This document shows, piece by piece, positions 26,690 to 40,745 of a stretch of DNA of 64,000 nucleotides. The notes beneath the pieces are model-generated. The model had not been told where the DNA came from. It worked only from the letters and a program-made list of their open reading frames with translations, and made no database searches. The position numbers were made by a program, and so were the translations under genes. Position 1 is the first letter of the stretch; each line of letters begins with the position of its first letter. Origin of the DNA: Octopus bimaculoides (taxonomy: Eukaryota); contig NC_068982.1 in assembly GCF_001194135.2 (NCBI RefSeq), positions 184,469,501 through 184,533,500 of the forward strand, written 5' to 3'.

Positions 26690-27080
26690 ACTGTGTTCTT
26701 GCCGTTTCTGAAATAGTAACTTTTCTACCTGGAGCTGGAAAAAATAGTTAAAGAAAAGATAAAAATGGATCATGCCATTGTTTTATGATGAATTCTTCCA
26801 TCAAATTAGCCATTTGAATCAGATTTATGACCCATTGTACTTCGTTCTTTTGGTCTTCAAGACGTGAGAAAAATTGGGGCATGACGCTTGCGGATGTGAA
26901 AAACAACTAAAATTTACTCAGACAAACTATTATGCTAACAGAATAATGTGTTGATTACAATGGTTTTGAAACGTTTTATTTGGAAGTTAGGTTATCACTA
27001 ATATACATTGTGGATAGCTATTGCAAAGTTGAAGGACGGCCATAATGGGTTCGAATAAATTAGCATTATATTACTATGTT
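26690..27080 (+). mobile_element. Helitron Rep/helicase N-terminal remnant
   Basis: ISHLNQIYDPLYFVL and RLSLIYIVDSYCKVEGRP*WVRIN resemble the Helitron motifs ISELxxxYDPLxYxLLF and RLFQQYIVDxYxKIExxRLxWIRxNQ. Confidence 0.6.
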
Positions 27081-28084
27081 CTGATGGATCAAGTAGTATT
27101 TCTAGGACACCTTCAAGGAATAGTTCCTATCTTAAAGAAAACTGGCAGAGCTGGTCTCGTGAACATAAGTATGTTACATTTTGAAGGAATATATCAACGA
27201 AATTAAAACTGATCATAAATATGCAACTACAGAACAGAGAGGACAGGGAGACAAGTGATGTTTCTGATCTCTGACAGTAAGATTGAGTTTCCAAATGGCG
27301 TTGAGAAATGGATGCGAAATCATAAATCAAATTTGAGGTAATTGATTGGATCCTTAAATTTTTACAGACTGAACAATACGATTCACTGATGAGGAAATTA
27401 TCAATATATTTGCAGAAGAAACAATCACTTACAAGAATATTGATGCCTGAGATGATTCTACAAACGACCTTTACAATTATGTAATGGATTTTCTAAAATG
27501 TTGTTGCAACTTCGGTAAGGAGCCCCACCACCAACACTGTACATTGACCTTGAAAAAAGGGATGTCTTTGTAATGCTATTATGAAATTTTAAACAAGGTT
27601 AATAGGCTTGGCAGAGGATAAAGAATTCGGATAACCTATTTACATGATTGCAAGGCTGAAGGCGACATTGTTACAGAATAGAAAACATGTCATTATGCCA
27701 AGAATTAAACTGAGACCTGACATCACTCTGCCATCCACCATTACGCGTTTACTGCTTCCAGTTCATGTAGCTTTCACAATGACAGTTATTAAATCTCGAA
27801 GTTAATAATTTAATAAAATAGGACTGATCTTCTCAACTACTTTATTTGCGCAGAGACTGTTGTATGTTGTTTCAAGAACAATATACAGTGTGAAACAGAT
27901 ATAGTGACAATGTCGAAAAAAATACCATTATTGAATAAACTGAAGTTTCCCAGTTTTAAAACTTCCTTCTTAACTTTTATATCACCCGGACACTAAATTC
28001 AAATAAATTTAGGACTTCTATTAAAGAAACAGAGAGTTTAATTGTAGCAACCCAAGATCAAGCGATAAAAACAAACAACTTAAG

Positions 28085-28800
28085 AAAAAATATATATGGA
28101 GGAAATGTGTCAAAAAAATTGTAGAGCCTGTGGAACTTGGAACGAGAGAGTGGCACACATCGTAGAAGAATGCCCCAAGTTGGCACAAGAAGAGTACAAG
28201 AAATGGAGGCATGACCCAGGTTGTAAAAGTTTTACACTGGAAACTTTGTTAGAAATGGAGATTTGAAGCTGGAAAGACATGGGGCAATCATCGAGTCGAA
28301 AGATTCCTGGAGTCGGAGAAATGTAAGATTTTATGGGACTTTCTTATTTAAACGGACAATAAGTTAGAATATAATAGACCGGACATAACAATTATAGATA
28401 AGGAAAAACGAATTTGCTTACTAATCGATCCATCAAGCCCGTTTGATTCCAGGATCGAAAGAAAGAAGACGAAAAACAAAATAATACAATCCATTAACAT
28501 TTGAAATAGGAAGAATTTCGTGTGTGAGAACTGTAAAGGTTGTACCGATAATAACTGGTGCGTTGGGAACAGTAAGCAAAGATATAGACAAACGGCTGAA
28601 GGAGAGTGGAATAGAATGCCCTGTAGATCTCCTACAGAAAGTTTCTCTCTTAGGGACAGCGAGGATTATCTGGAGGGTTCTAAGCACTTGAAACATTAAT
28701 TAAAACTTGTGGATACCTAAGGTTACAGGTAGTAACTCGCTACCCACATAAATCCTACCAGGAATAAGACCGAACCTGAGTCAAACCAAATAATAGTCAA
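28085..28800 (+). mobile_element. Dong/R4-clade LINE 3' end (CCHC plus RLE), second subfamily
   Basis: CRACGTWNERVAHIVEECPKLAQEEYK...KILWDF...RPDITIIDKEKRICLLID...VPIITGALGTVSK...LQKVSLLGTARII. Confidence 0.88.
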
Positions 28801-28809
28801 TGTTGAATG

Positions 28810-29170
28810 CCTTGATGCAGTACCAGGCACTGGCTCTCATGGCTTCTGATCTTAACTGATTGGAAGTGTTATCAAGTACGTTTTGTCTTGGTGCAAAAGA
28901 TGGGCTACAGCAAATATTCTGCTCAATACCACAGATTTGCTTGTCAGTTGTTTGACCTTAACCAGTTGAGCATGTCCCTTGGTGGCTGATGATACGTGCA
29001 TCTCTGATTAGGAGCAGAAGTAGTGGGGAGCCTCATAACTATGTGTTGAGAGGATTTCTTTGGGGTTTAAATAATTCACCTTTGGAAACACGGGTGTTTT
29101 GTTCAACATCTTCAAACAACCCTTATTCAAGGACCTTTTGAGCGGATGGGCTACTCGACCTGAAGATAAT
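28810..29170. repeat. Unclassified interspersed repeat
   Basis: Recognised from memory as a common octopus-type repeat; no second copy in this window. Confidence 0.35.
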
Positions 29171-30099
29171 TCTAACTGGGCCCAAACTGCAAGGTCATGC
29201 GCTGTTTATCTTGATATGAGATCACTATGTCGTGCACATATGGTCGTGATGCATGTGCCTGGTGTACTCTTATTAGACGTGTAGTCATGATGGGTATATT
29301 GGGCTTCATATATTTGTACCCCAATGTCACTTTGATGGCATGCGCTACTCTCCGAATGTTGACTACATCTTAGCCAGGTAGGAATCTCTTTCATCACGTT
29401 TCTTCAGTTTATTTCACGTACTTCAGTAGTTACTATATGTTAAATGTAATTTTCTCACATCTCCGTCATAATACTGTTTTACCATTATCGTATCATTTCT
29501 ATAAAATTATTTCATTGTAGGATTTTATTTATACCATTTTTTACTTGCTCCCAATTTCTTACGTTATTTCCAGCCCCTTATTTTATCCTCTACTATGAAT
29601 AACTATTTCCTATCCCTCATCAATAACCTATACTTAACGATCTATTTTATTTATAAATCACTGCAATTTATTTTGGTTATTATTTTAACCATAAGCTCCA
29701 TTATTCTATTTTCTTGTGTCATTTGGTTCTCTTTTTGACTTATCGTCGTATCAATTATTTATTAATATAATTCATTTTTTTTTNNNNNNNNNNNNNNNNN
29801 NNNNNNNNNNNNNNNNNNNNNNNNNNNNNNNNNNNNNNNNNNNNNNNNNNNNNNNNNNNNNNNNNNNNNNNNNNNNNNNNNNNNNNNNNNNNNNNNNNNN
29901 NNNNNNNNNNNNNNNNNNNNNNNNNNNNNNNNNNNNNNNNNNNNNNNNNNNNNNNNNNNNNNNNNNNNNNNNNNNNNNNNNNNNNNNNNNNNNNNNNNNN
30001 NNNNNNNNNNNNNNNNNNNNNNNNNNNNNNNNNNNNNNNNNNNNNNNNNNNNNNNNNNNNNNNNNNNNNNNNNNNNNNNNNNNNNNNNNNNNNNNNNNN

Positions 30100-30790
30100 C
30101 TTCGTGTCTTTGTGAGTCACTCCTTTTCTCTATCTCGCAACATCCTTTCTAAGCCAAGTGTGCTGCTCATCTTTCTTGCCGGATTGGGGTACCTACTTTT
30201 CTGCTTCCTGTGGAAGGAAAGCGTTCCACTAGTTAGGTAGTCTATCTGCTGACCAAGCCCATCCGAGGCCAGCTCAGGATGCCGTGACTGTTAAGGCGCA
30301 GGCGTGTATTGAAGCTGCGTCTCATGCAGAGCTTCTTGGACGGTGAGCGAGTGTGGTGCCCCGTTCGTAAGGTATATTCTTTATGCAGTTTGTCTCTTTG
30401 ACGGAGCTGCAGCCTTGAGTCAAGAGAAGACAAGAGGAGGTCACTAGGGGACTAGGAACGTTTCCAGGCGCGGTTGGCAGAAGTTCGATGTTGGCAATAT
30501 ATAGCTGTTTGATGGTAGAAAAGCGTGATGATGTCATCGGTGAAACTAGTTGGTCAGTTCAGGAGGATTTTCGAACTGGGGAGTACTATAGATAACTTGC
30601 AGAAAATCTTGGCTCAGCAATGCTGCCGAAGGTTACAACAGCTTGCGAACAAAACCAATAGGTACGTAAGTACCGCTGGACAGGATTGTCCGAGATACAT
30701 GCAGAGAAACCGTTATGCACGCTGACTTATGTCGAATAGCTGCTGTCGCTTGAAGGATAGATACAGCAGAGTCCATGAAATGATGGCCTT
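30100..30790 (+). mobile_element. Possible degenerate LINE ORF1-like remnant
   Basis: GC-richer block; GQFRRIFELGSTIDNL may be a decayed CCHC knuckle; weak. Confidence 0.3.
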
Positions 30791-30809
30791 TCTGTCATTC
30801 TCTAATCAG

Positions 30810-31392
30810 ACAGAGCAGGCAGTTTTCCTCTGGTTGTGACGAACGAAGGCCCTAACTTTTTGTTTATGTCATCTGGATGACTAGATCAGTATGGGTTCAC
30901 CTGAAACCAGTGAGCCTTGCGATCCACCGAAACTTGTGCTTTCGGTATTCTGTGATCACATCGTTCACGCCACTCCGTTCTCAGTTAGCTCGTTTTGAGT
31001 ATGCTCCTACAACAATGTTCTAAGTATGGAACTTTCCATGCCACTCTGTGTCGTAGCCAGTTCTTTTTCCTTTCTTCACAGTCGCCCGTGTCTCACTTGT
31101 GTATACAAGCGCAAGTTCGACGGTACTATTGAAGAGACTGGTATTCAGGATCTTGTCTAGCTTTGCTTTGAATACATATTTAATTGAGGCAAATGATTTC
31201 CATCCTGCTCTTGCTCTGCACAAGATCTCAGCGTCCATGTCTTCGCATATATTTACTGTCTGTCCTAAGTAGACAAACTCCTTCACCACAATTCCATCAC
31301 TTCCTACTACCACTACTTGGCCTAGAGGTACGTTTTCGGATCGCATGTATGTTTTCATATGATCTATTTTGAGACCGATTGCAGGTTCTCGG
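30810..31392 (-). mobile_element. RTE LINE, late RT motifs to C-terminus
   Basis: KEFVYLGQ...RARAGWKSF...SLFNSTVELALVYTSET...YRKHKFRW. Confidence 0.85.
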
Positions 31393-31394
31393 AA

Positions 31395-31745
31395 GAACTA
31401 CAGCAAGATGGAACACATTTACTCTAACACAGCTTCAAAATCGACAGAAAAAGCATCAGCCAGCTCTTCGCATCGCCTTCGCTGATTACGAAAAAAATGC
31501 CTTCAAGAGCATTAGGATGAATCAGTATCAGTAATGTAATTTCTGGAGATGTAAGGAATTCAGGCACAAGACATCAAACTTCTGAGAGAGGCGAACTCGA
31601 GATATACCAATCATAAAACTTTGCAGCCATCACTCGGAAGAGTTCTAATCAGAGAGGAAATACAATCTCTCCAATATTCGTGTCAAATGTGTTTTGAAAT
31701 GGTCATGGAAGACGTTGATTAACATGGTTTGAATCTAATTAAACT
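31395..31745 (+). mobile_element. RTE LINE, earlier RT motifs, inverted relative to the adjacent piece
   Basis: EHIYSNTASK/QPALRIAFADYEK...IKLLREANS...NTISPIF...EMVMED, read across frameshifts. Confidence 0.75.
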
Positions 31746-31769
31746 TTGTTGATTATGACTGTTTTTTTA

Positions 31770-32205
31770 AAATTATTATTTCTTCCTTCATGCAAAAGTC
31801 TGAAGATCCTCCTTGTTTTTTTTCCTTTATGGTAAGTTGACTTTATGATGTGCTCCACTGCGTTTCGTCGTCCACCTGTAAAAGCAAACATATCTTATCC
31901 CAACCACAAACATTTATTCTTCGAACAAGTCATATCAGAATTGCCATGACTGAAGCTTATTCTTAATCCGGATTTTTTACGATAATTCTAATTGTTTGTA
32001 TAACTCAGTTTAAAGCTTTTCTTCGACACTTGGATAAATTTTCATCAGCACTTAGTGTTGTTGCCAGTTTTTTCCCTCTTATGAAGGGTGACTAATATGG
32101 GTGCGTGTGGGATGCATGAATGTTGCTAGCAGTTGCTTAACGTATCATCACACATTTGTGCAATAGCGAACCGGTACTAAACGAGGTAGTGCTAAGCGAA
32201 GTATT
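31770..32205 (-). mobile_element. pogo/Tigger transposon 5' remnant
   Basis: Terminus agtaaatacttcgcttagcactacctcgtttag; decayed CENP-B-like HTH (SQLTIRKKTRRIFRLL). Confidence 0.45.
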
Positions 32206-32757
32206 TACTCTTTCTCTGTTTCTATCTTCTTTTTTTATCTATGTCTATACATACATATATGTGTGTGTGTGTGTGTGTGTTTCTCCCTCTACCGCTCTCT
32301 CTACCGGCATGGTCACATGCTTCCGGTCAATAATCCTTTCCTTCCTTGGCTTTCGCCAAGCAACGCACGCACCACTTTGTCCCTCTCTAGTTCGTGCCTC
32401 ATCGCGTTCATACACACATAATTTTTCTCGTCTGGCCGTAAAGCCTTTTCTGTTTGTTTTCCTGTCTTGTTTTTTGTCCGCCACTACATTCCTCCATGGC
32501 TAGATTTAATTTGCGTATACAAATTTAATCTGCGATCCATGGGACGAGCCGTTTTAACGATGCGTCCTNNNNNNNNNNNNNNNNNNNNNNNNNNNNNNNN
32601 NNNNNNNNNNNNNNNNNNNNNNNNNNNNNNNNNNNNNNNNNNNNNNNNNNNNNNNNNNNNNNNNNNNNNNNNNNNNNNNNNNNNNNNNNNNNNNNNNNNN
32701 NNNNNNNNNNNNNNNNNNNNNNNNNNNNNNNNNNNNNNNNNNNNNNNNNNNNNNNNN

Positions 32758-32808
<51 letters not shown>

Positions 32809-34029
32809 CATACATACACACACACATATATACATAACGTATATGTGTGTGTATGTATATATAGTTATATATTTATCTATTTATAACACGTTTCAAAAGA
32901 GAAGTCGATCGATATCACGTTTTGTATCAAGTTTCAGCAAGGACTGATTGACCTCCGACTATCCACATATATCAGAGCTTCAAAAGAAAGAGCCAGGCTA
33001 CATGCGTAGAGAGCTTGGAGGCATCATTATGAAATTACTTTCTCTTCACACATGCATATTATTCCTGTTTGATCTCTAACTAATTATTATGCAGTCTTGC
33101 CAAGCTGTAACGTGATGTGTTTGTAAATCAAATACAAATGTTTTGATATCTAATTGCTTATGTTCATTTATTTATCTCTAGTCAACTTACTAACTGGCTG
33201 TAACGGTTAGATTATGACTTCGGTGATGAGGTTTAATAAGACCAGAACACACCTAGAGTTGTCACCCTGCTTTCCAAATATCACAGCCTTTCTACTACAA
33301 TTTTTTTCTTTTTACAATTTAAACTCCCCTTTTATAAACTGTTAGCGATAGGAGCAGAGTCCACTTTAGATTAGATGTGCTAATTATCCCCCATTCTTTC
33401 AAGACGAATATTTTTTCTTCTAGCATGGAGGTAATTTGAATTAAAATCTCTTGGCATACTACGTTAAGTTAACACAGAGTTTTACATTTTATCCATCTAT
33501 TTCTCTCTTTACCCACCACACTTCTTTGTATCTATATTTCATTATTTCACATCCATTTATATATGAAATATTGGCGATGAGATCACCCCACTCATTGAAT
33601 GGAGCGTAGGAACAGGTGTATTTAATACAGTTAAGTATTCACTTTGGATGTTCTTTATGTACAATTTTTGGTTTAAAGAAGATGGTAGAAGAATTTCCAG
33701 GTAGAGGCTCTCTGAGGAAAAAAAGAAATGGGCAGTACAGACTTGATCTGTTCCTTCGAGTTAAATGTACTTGTATATCTTCTGGACTCAATGTCTTTCA
33801 AAGCTAATAATTTCCCAAGCTCGCTCTTTCTTACAGAGAAATACTGGGGTCAGAGGGAGTTATACCTTTACAGAGCGTTAAAGCTAAGCAGCACCAAGTT
33901 CGGGTTTCTAATCTATATAATCTCTTGCCATGGCCCTTTGAACCCGCGAGTACACGTTTAGCGATCGCAATTTGACTTGACTTTTATATAACTATGGAAG
34001 ATGCAATAGTCGGCAGCTACATGGTTTTG

Positions 34030-34272
34030 TGCTGATATAGTTTGCTAATCGGCAGAAACGTTAGCACGCCAGGCAAAATGCTTAGCGGTATTTCGTCTGC
34101 CGTTACGTTCTGAGTTCAAATTCCGCCGAGGTCGACTTTGCCTTTCATCCTTTCGGGGTGATTAAATAACTACCAGTTACGCACTGGAGTCGACATAATC
34201 AACTTAATCCATTTGTCTGTCCTTGTTTGTCCCCTCTGTGTGTAGCCCCTTGTGGGCAGTAAAGAAATAAGA
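34030..34272 (+). mobile_element. tRNA SINE family S3 (Meta-like central domain), young copy
   Basis: ctgagttcaaattcc B box; gtcgactttgcctttcatcctttcgggg; near-identical to 44490-44728 and 52866-53120. Confidence 0.9.
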
Positions 34273-34876
34273 AACATTATTATTTTCAGCCGTAAAAACA
34301 AAACCAGCGGTCACCTGCTTTTGCGTCTCCGAGAGATATGGGCAAACGATATCGCATCCGCTAGAGCACACACACGGTTTCGAAGGGTTGAGAAATCTGG
34401 AAGAGACGTCACGTGTCAAGTCGATGAAACCAACATCCCGAGACCATTTCCTCAGCGGGAGCTCAACTCAGAATCTATAGGGCCGCACTGCACACCACAG
34501 TGCAATATTTTTGTTCGACACTCTAACGATTCTAGCATAACTTGGCTGAAAAAAAAAGAAGCAAATCAGACATTATGGATCCACTGTAGATGAGATGGAA
34601 ATGCGGGGAGAACAATCTACCCTCAATCCACTCATTTCAAACGGGATGAAATAAAGAAGACAGACGAAGAATAATTAAGGTTTGAACTGCGACATTTACA
34701 TATTTACAATGAAAACATACAGTTGTAGTTCTTTTTTTATTGTAATATGTGGAAGTGTGTGTTGATTAGTAGAGTAGGTTTTTGTCAGCATCACAGATTA
34801 AAAAGGTTTCTCGCATTTTTAATATTGGTAGACTACCATTATTGTTGAAAATTGTCAATTAGTTCAATGTTTAACA

Positions 34877-34935
<59 letters not shown>

Positions 34936-35532
34936 CTTATGTATATATTATATATACACACATATATACACATATATATACATACATATACATATATACA
35001 CATACACATACACACATATATATATACATACATATATACATACATACATATATACATACACATATATTATAAATCATTTATTAATCAGCTTCATTAATTT
35101 TTTTTAATGTTTCATTAATTATTTTTTTTTTTTTACAGCTGACCACCACCTCATTGGTCACAAGAAACAAAAGGCCCTCCCCCGCCTCGGGAGGGAAATA
35201 AAATAAAAACTCCACCATTACCACCATCATAATCATCATCATCATCATTACACCACCAGTGTCACAAACTGGGTGTAACACGCTGCTGTTTTTGCTGTCT
35301 TCTATTGGTTTCAGCTACTGGCCTGCAGCCACACTGGAGTATAGTCGCTCATTCTGCTTTGGTAGTTAAAGGTAGAACGGCAAAGCCAGTTTGGGCTGTG
35401 AAGAGATTTAACAAGGACGGAACAAAAATAACACGGATGTTTTTTTCTGTTTTTCTTTTGCAATTTTGCAACCAATTAACAATATGCACGCATACACACA
35501 CACAAACATACATGTAAGTAAATTAGGTATCA

Positions 35533-35880
35533 TTATCATCATCATCATCGTTTAACGTCCGCTTTCCATGCTAGCATGGGCTGAATGATTTGACTGAGGA
35601 CTGGTGAACCAGGTGGCTACACCAGGCTCCAATCTGATTTGTCAGAGATTCTACAGCTGGATGCCCTTCCTAACGCCAACCACTCCGAGAGTGTAGTGGG
35701 TGCTTTTACGTGCCACTGGCACGAAGGCCAGTCAGGCGGTACTGGTAATGGCCACGCTCGAAATGGTGTCTTTTACGTGCCACCTGCACAGGAGCCAGTC
35801 CAACGGCACTGGCAACGATCTCGCTCGAATGTCTTTACACGTGCCAGGGCACAGGTGCCATCACGATTTCGCTTCGTTTT
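35533..35880 (-). mobile_element. RTE-tail repeat S4 with internal gtgccactggcac modules
   Basis: (CAT)n then ttaacgtccgctttccatgctagcatggg...ctggatgcccttcctaacgccaacc. Confidence 0.85.
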
Positions 35881-35987
35881 CNNNNNNNNNNNNNNNNNNN
35901 NNNNNNNNNNNNNNNNNNNNNNNNNNNNNNNNNNNNNNNNNNNNNNNNNNNNNNNNNNNNNNNNNNNNNNNNNNNNNNNNNNNNNNN

Positions 35988-36032
<45 letters not shown>

Positions 36033-36763
36033 GAAGAAGGTAGATGAGAGACAGAGAAAGAAAGGAGAAGAGATGACAGTGATGTTGATGATGTTAGGAA
36101 TGAGGTGGTTGGTAAAAATGGCTATAACTATTTACCCAATACAAATGGAACAATCATTTTGGGTATTTCAAAATAAATAAGGAGAAAAATAAGGAAGAGT
36201 GAAAAGTAAATTTATCAGCAAAATCGAAAATAAAAAGGATTTAAGAAAAAAAAAACCGATAGAGAAAATATTTTGTTGAAATAATTCTTCAAGAAAACAA
36301 CACAAGTTTTCCTGTATCGGTGGTGGCAGCGAATAATTATAATCTGATGCTCAAAATATTTTTGCCAATAACTTCCAGTTTGTTTGTTTGTTTGTATGTA
36401 TGTATGTACGTACGTACGTATGTATGTATGTATACTTACACATGTTCACTCCCCATTCAACCACCGTTGTATATTTCACTGGCTGAAATTTTGAGCTGTT
36501 ATTCTTTAGATTCTGCGCATACACGGTTCTTCACCTGGCACAGCCACAATGAAACAAATACAATACAGATGTATTCTATTCTGTCACTGTTTTTATCCTG
36601 CCGTGGATGTTCATTCAAGACACCGATATACAGAGAAAGTCATGGAAATTTATGAGTAACGGATAACGGATTCAGCCAATTAAATTACATATACTCTACA
36701 ACTTGAGTTGAGTACATTTTCTCCCGTTTGTTTAAAATAATGATATACAAATACATACATAAA

Positions 36764-36796
<33 letters not shown>

Positions 36797-37335
36797 NNNN
36801 NNNNNNNNNNNNNNNNNNNNNNNNNNNNNNNNNNNNNNNNNNNNNNNNNNNNNNNNNNNNNNNNNNNNNNNNNNNNNNNNNNNNNNNNNNNNNNNNNNNN
36901 NNNNNNNNNNNNNNNNNNNNNNNNNNNNNNNNNNNNNNNNNNNNNNNNNNNNNNNNNNNNNNNNNNNNNNNNNNNNNNNNNNNNNNNNNNNNNNNNNNNN
37001 NNNNNNNTACATGAGATACATATACACATAATATATATCATTCTTTTACTAGTTACAGTGTGTGTGTGTGTGTGTATATATATGCCAACAGAGAAATAAC
37101 AAAAAAATGGCGATTGTACATCACGAGAGATTTTTAATATTTTTTTCCGTCTTGTTGTTGAGGAGAAATCTTTTGATTTCATAATTCCTTTCGTTTTTTA
37201 CATTTTGTTTGTTTTCTTCTTTTTTCTTTTCTTTTTATTAACTTTTTTTTTGTCATTTTGGTTTTCATTTTTTAAACCTCTTAATGTTTTTTGATTAACA
37301 GCAGTCAAGAACACATTTCTTTATCGTATTCTAAG

Positions 37336-37376
<41 letters not shown>

Positions 37377-37891
37377 TATTATTATTATTATTATTATTAT
37401 TAAAGTCATGTTTATGCTAAGATTCATAAGTCCACACACATATGTGTGTGTGAGTGTACACACACACACACATATGATGATCAGATAAAAAAAAAACAAC
37501 AAAATACTCCATAGTATGTACATTCTCATCACAGACACAAACTGACACAACATGCGACTAAACACGCTCACATCATCATTTGAAATATAATATACATACA
37601 CGCACACACACATACATGTATATATAAGGGGAAACAGGCACACGTATAGAGACACACGCACACACATTCCTTAGAGACCTGTCTTCCATAACAATATTGT
37701 ATCTAATAATAGTAATGACAGTAATATCGACAACAGTAGTAGTTGTAGTAGCAGCAGCAGCAGCAGTAGTAGTTGTGGTAGTGGTAGTAGTAGTGGATGT
37801 GAGATATATCCCCCGATGATTCGTATTGTAGTCAAAACCAAATACAAAAGACAAATGTTCTAATGATTGTTTCATATAATGTGTGTGTGTT

Positions 37892-37928
<37 letters not shown>

Positions 37929-37938
37929 NNNNNNNNNN

Positions 37939-37975
<37 letters not shown>

Positions 37976-38203
37976 CACACATATATATTGGTATTTATAC
38001 GTGCGTGTGCTAATGTATACTTATGTGTACAACATTCAAGTGTTTTAATGGCTGCCAAATCTTAACTTTCTCCAGAGAGGTCGGCATATCGTGCATACAT
38101 ACAGATATATATCTTGTCTATCATTCTCTGTGAATGTCAGTCTGTTTATGCTTAAGTCTATTTATCCCCTACCCACTCTCCCTTTCTCCTCTTCCCTCTA
38201 CAT

Positions 38204-38252
<49 letters not shown>

Positions 38253-38659
38253 ACACACGCATACAAGTTCATACAGAGAAAGAGAGGGAGAGCAAGGGAT
38301 AGGGTGAATCATCAAAATTGCAAGATCAAAACCAAAGAGACTGCGGACGTAGGTGTACGGCGATAGTGAGAGCAGTATTTTCTCTTCTTTTCATAGAAGT
38401 TTGTACATCTGTACATGTGATTTAATGATGAATGACACACGACAGATTATTACAGGTAATGATTCACAGTATATATATAAACAAGGCACAGGAACAACTG
38501 TAAGACATATTCACTATTAAAGGAAATCTATTAAAATATATAAATGCCTAACTCTGTGTATGTGTGTACGTGCTTGTTATAAAAACGTATACGCATACTT
38601 ACTGTTTTGTCTGTGTATGTACACATAAACATGTTTATATCTATGATTACATAATCCAA

Positions 38660-38810
38660 CGACAGTCTTATATATGAGGAAATTTGGTTGCTATTTCTAG
38701 GATGACGAGCGACCACACATAAAGTATGTCTATTGTAAGTAATTGTGAACTCTCCTGTCGTAGATAACAGATTAGGGTTTCGCAATTCTTGATTAACAAC
38801 CTGCACAGAT
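38660..38810. repeat. ~150-bp segment duplicated at 40445-40850
   Basis: tatatgaggaaatttg...ttgattaacaacctgcacagatg in both. Confidence 0.8.
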
Positions 38811-39104
38811 GTGCGGGCTACATTGGGATATTTCGACAGGTGTCTGTATGTATGTACGTTTGTGTTATGTGTCCATAAACATGTCTGTGTGTCTCAATAT
38901 ATGCACGAGACTGCATGCCTTTGATGTATATGTGCAAATACCCAATCCTGTGAGTAGCTTCCCCTAATAGAACATATTGAATATCAACCATTTTCCTCTT
39001 TAAATAAGTCAAACCACCTAACTTCTTCCAGCCATCAAATTCTAATTTTTGGGCTCTGTAAACCTACTAAAGCTAAACTTTATGAAATTTGCCTTCAGTA
39101 TAGA

Positions 39105-39267
39105 CGCAGGCGTGGCTATGTAGTAAGAAGCTTGCTTATCAACCATATAGTTCCGGGTTCAGTCCCACTGCGTGACACCTTGGGCTAATATCTTCTACTG
39201 CATAGCCTCGGGCCGACCAAAGCCTTGTGAGTGGATTTGGTAGATGGAAACTGAAAGAAGTCCGTCG

Positions 39268-39318
<51 letters not shown>

Positions 39319-39505
39319 TTCTCTCTCCACCATCGCTGGACAACCGACGTTGGTGTGGTCACGTCCCCGAAACTTAGCGGTTCGGCAAAGGAGACCATAG
39401 AATACTAGGCTTACAAAGAATAAGTCCTGGGATCGATTTGTTCGACTAAAGGCGGTGCTCCAGTATGGTCACAGTGAAATGGCTGAAACGAGTAAAAGAG
39501 TAATG
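39105..39505 (+). mobile_element. SINE S1 full length with internal (TA)n(TG)n
   Basis: A box tggctatgtag, B box ggttcagtccc, CORE-like block, tail gttcgactaaaggcggtgctccag. Confidence 0.9.
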
Positions 39506-39639
39506 GAGTATCCCCAAAACTCTTTTTCTATAAAAAGGTCTTCCCTCATTTTACCACCTTAAGGTTAATACAAAGAGTTAAAAACCCAACAAGTATTCTT
39601 TAAGTTTACATTTCTTGTGATCATTAATTCCCGAACAAA

Positions 39640-40020
39640 TAGGTGCAGGCATGGCTCCATGGTAGGAAGCTTGTTATCCAATCACACGGTTCCAGGTTCA
39701 GTTTTACAGCATGGTGGTCCTTGGACAAGTGTCTTCTACTTATAGTCTCGGGTTGACCAAAGCCTTGTCAGTGGATTTGGTAGACGGAAACTGAAAGAAG
39801 CCCAGCCGTGAGTGTGTGTGCATGCGTCTGTGTTTGTCCCCCACCCGCCGTCACTTGAGAACCAGTGTTGGTATGTTTATGTATCCGTGAATTTGCGGTT
39901 CGGCAAAAGAGACTGATAGAATAAGTACTAGGCTTTAAAGAAAAAGTCCTGAGATCGATTTGTTCGATGAAACTCTTCAAAGAGGTGCCACATCATAGCC
40001 GCAGTCAAATGACTGAATAA
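39640..40020 (+). mobile_element. SINE S1 full length
   Basis: Same modules as 39105. Confidence 0.88.
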
Positions 40021-40119
40021 AAAAAAAAAAAAAGATGCCAACCGAAAATATCCATTTCAATAACGTCCTTAAAATATCCATTTCAATTACAGCTATATAC
40101 ATTTTTACCATTTCCTCAG

Positions 40120-40171
40120 TCCACATTTACTGATCTCCAGAATGTGACTTTGTCATTGTCCAGCCTCCCAG
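40120..40171 (+). CDS. Candidate 52-nt internal exon
   Basis: Acceptor ttttaccatttcctcag, donor GTGAGC, open frame STFTDLQNVTLSLSSLP. Confidence 0.2.
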
Positions 40172-40499
40172 GTGAGCTTTAGTAGTTATATATGGAACCC
40201 AAACAATAAAGCTGACAATAAAGTCGCCTGATTAAGCGGAAATGTGAAATTGGAAACAACTCAATGAAACCCAGTTTTGAATGAATCTCTTCGACTCTAC
40301 ATCATTGTACTCCGTACTTCTGAAGATGGCGTTTATGCTACTAGTAACTCTGTCGCTGTTGACTCCGGAGCCAGTTAATTTATTATTGAAGGCATTGCAA
40401 CTGTGACCCATCTTATTATCAGACACTGTCTCTATGGTTACATAATCCAATGACAAAGACTTATATGAGGAAATTTGATTGGCACTTCTAGTATGTCGA

Positions 40500-40745
40500 G
40501 TGACCAGCAGTCACCCATGCATACCAGCATCTCTTCTCCATGCCACCGATGTTATCCAAGAGAAAGGCAAATGCTGATACAGCTTGGCATCAGAGACGTC
40601 ACAACTTATTTCTACAGCTGAGTGATTAAGAGCAACGTGAAATAAGTGTCTTGCTCAAGAACACAACACACAGCCCGGCCTGGAATCGAACTCACTACTT
40701 TATGATTGTAAGCCTGACGCTTTAACCACTGATCCATGCGCATCC
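40500..40745 (-). mobile_element. SINE S2, tail variant a
   Basis: Reverse complement matches 20415-20690. Confidence 0.88.

Noticed and set aside
40232-40456. Ig-like 74-aa ORF (GHSCNAFNNKL)
   Set aside because: Only a vague motif resemblance with weak splice sites, and it overlaps a duplicated repeat.
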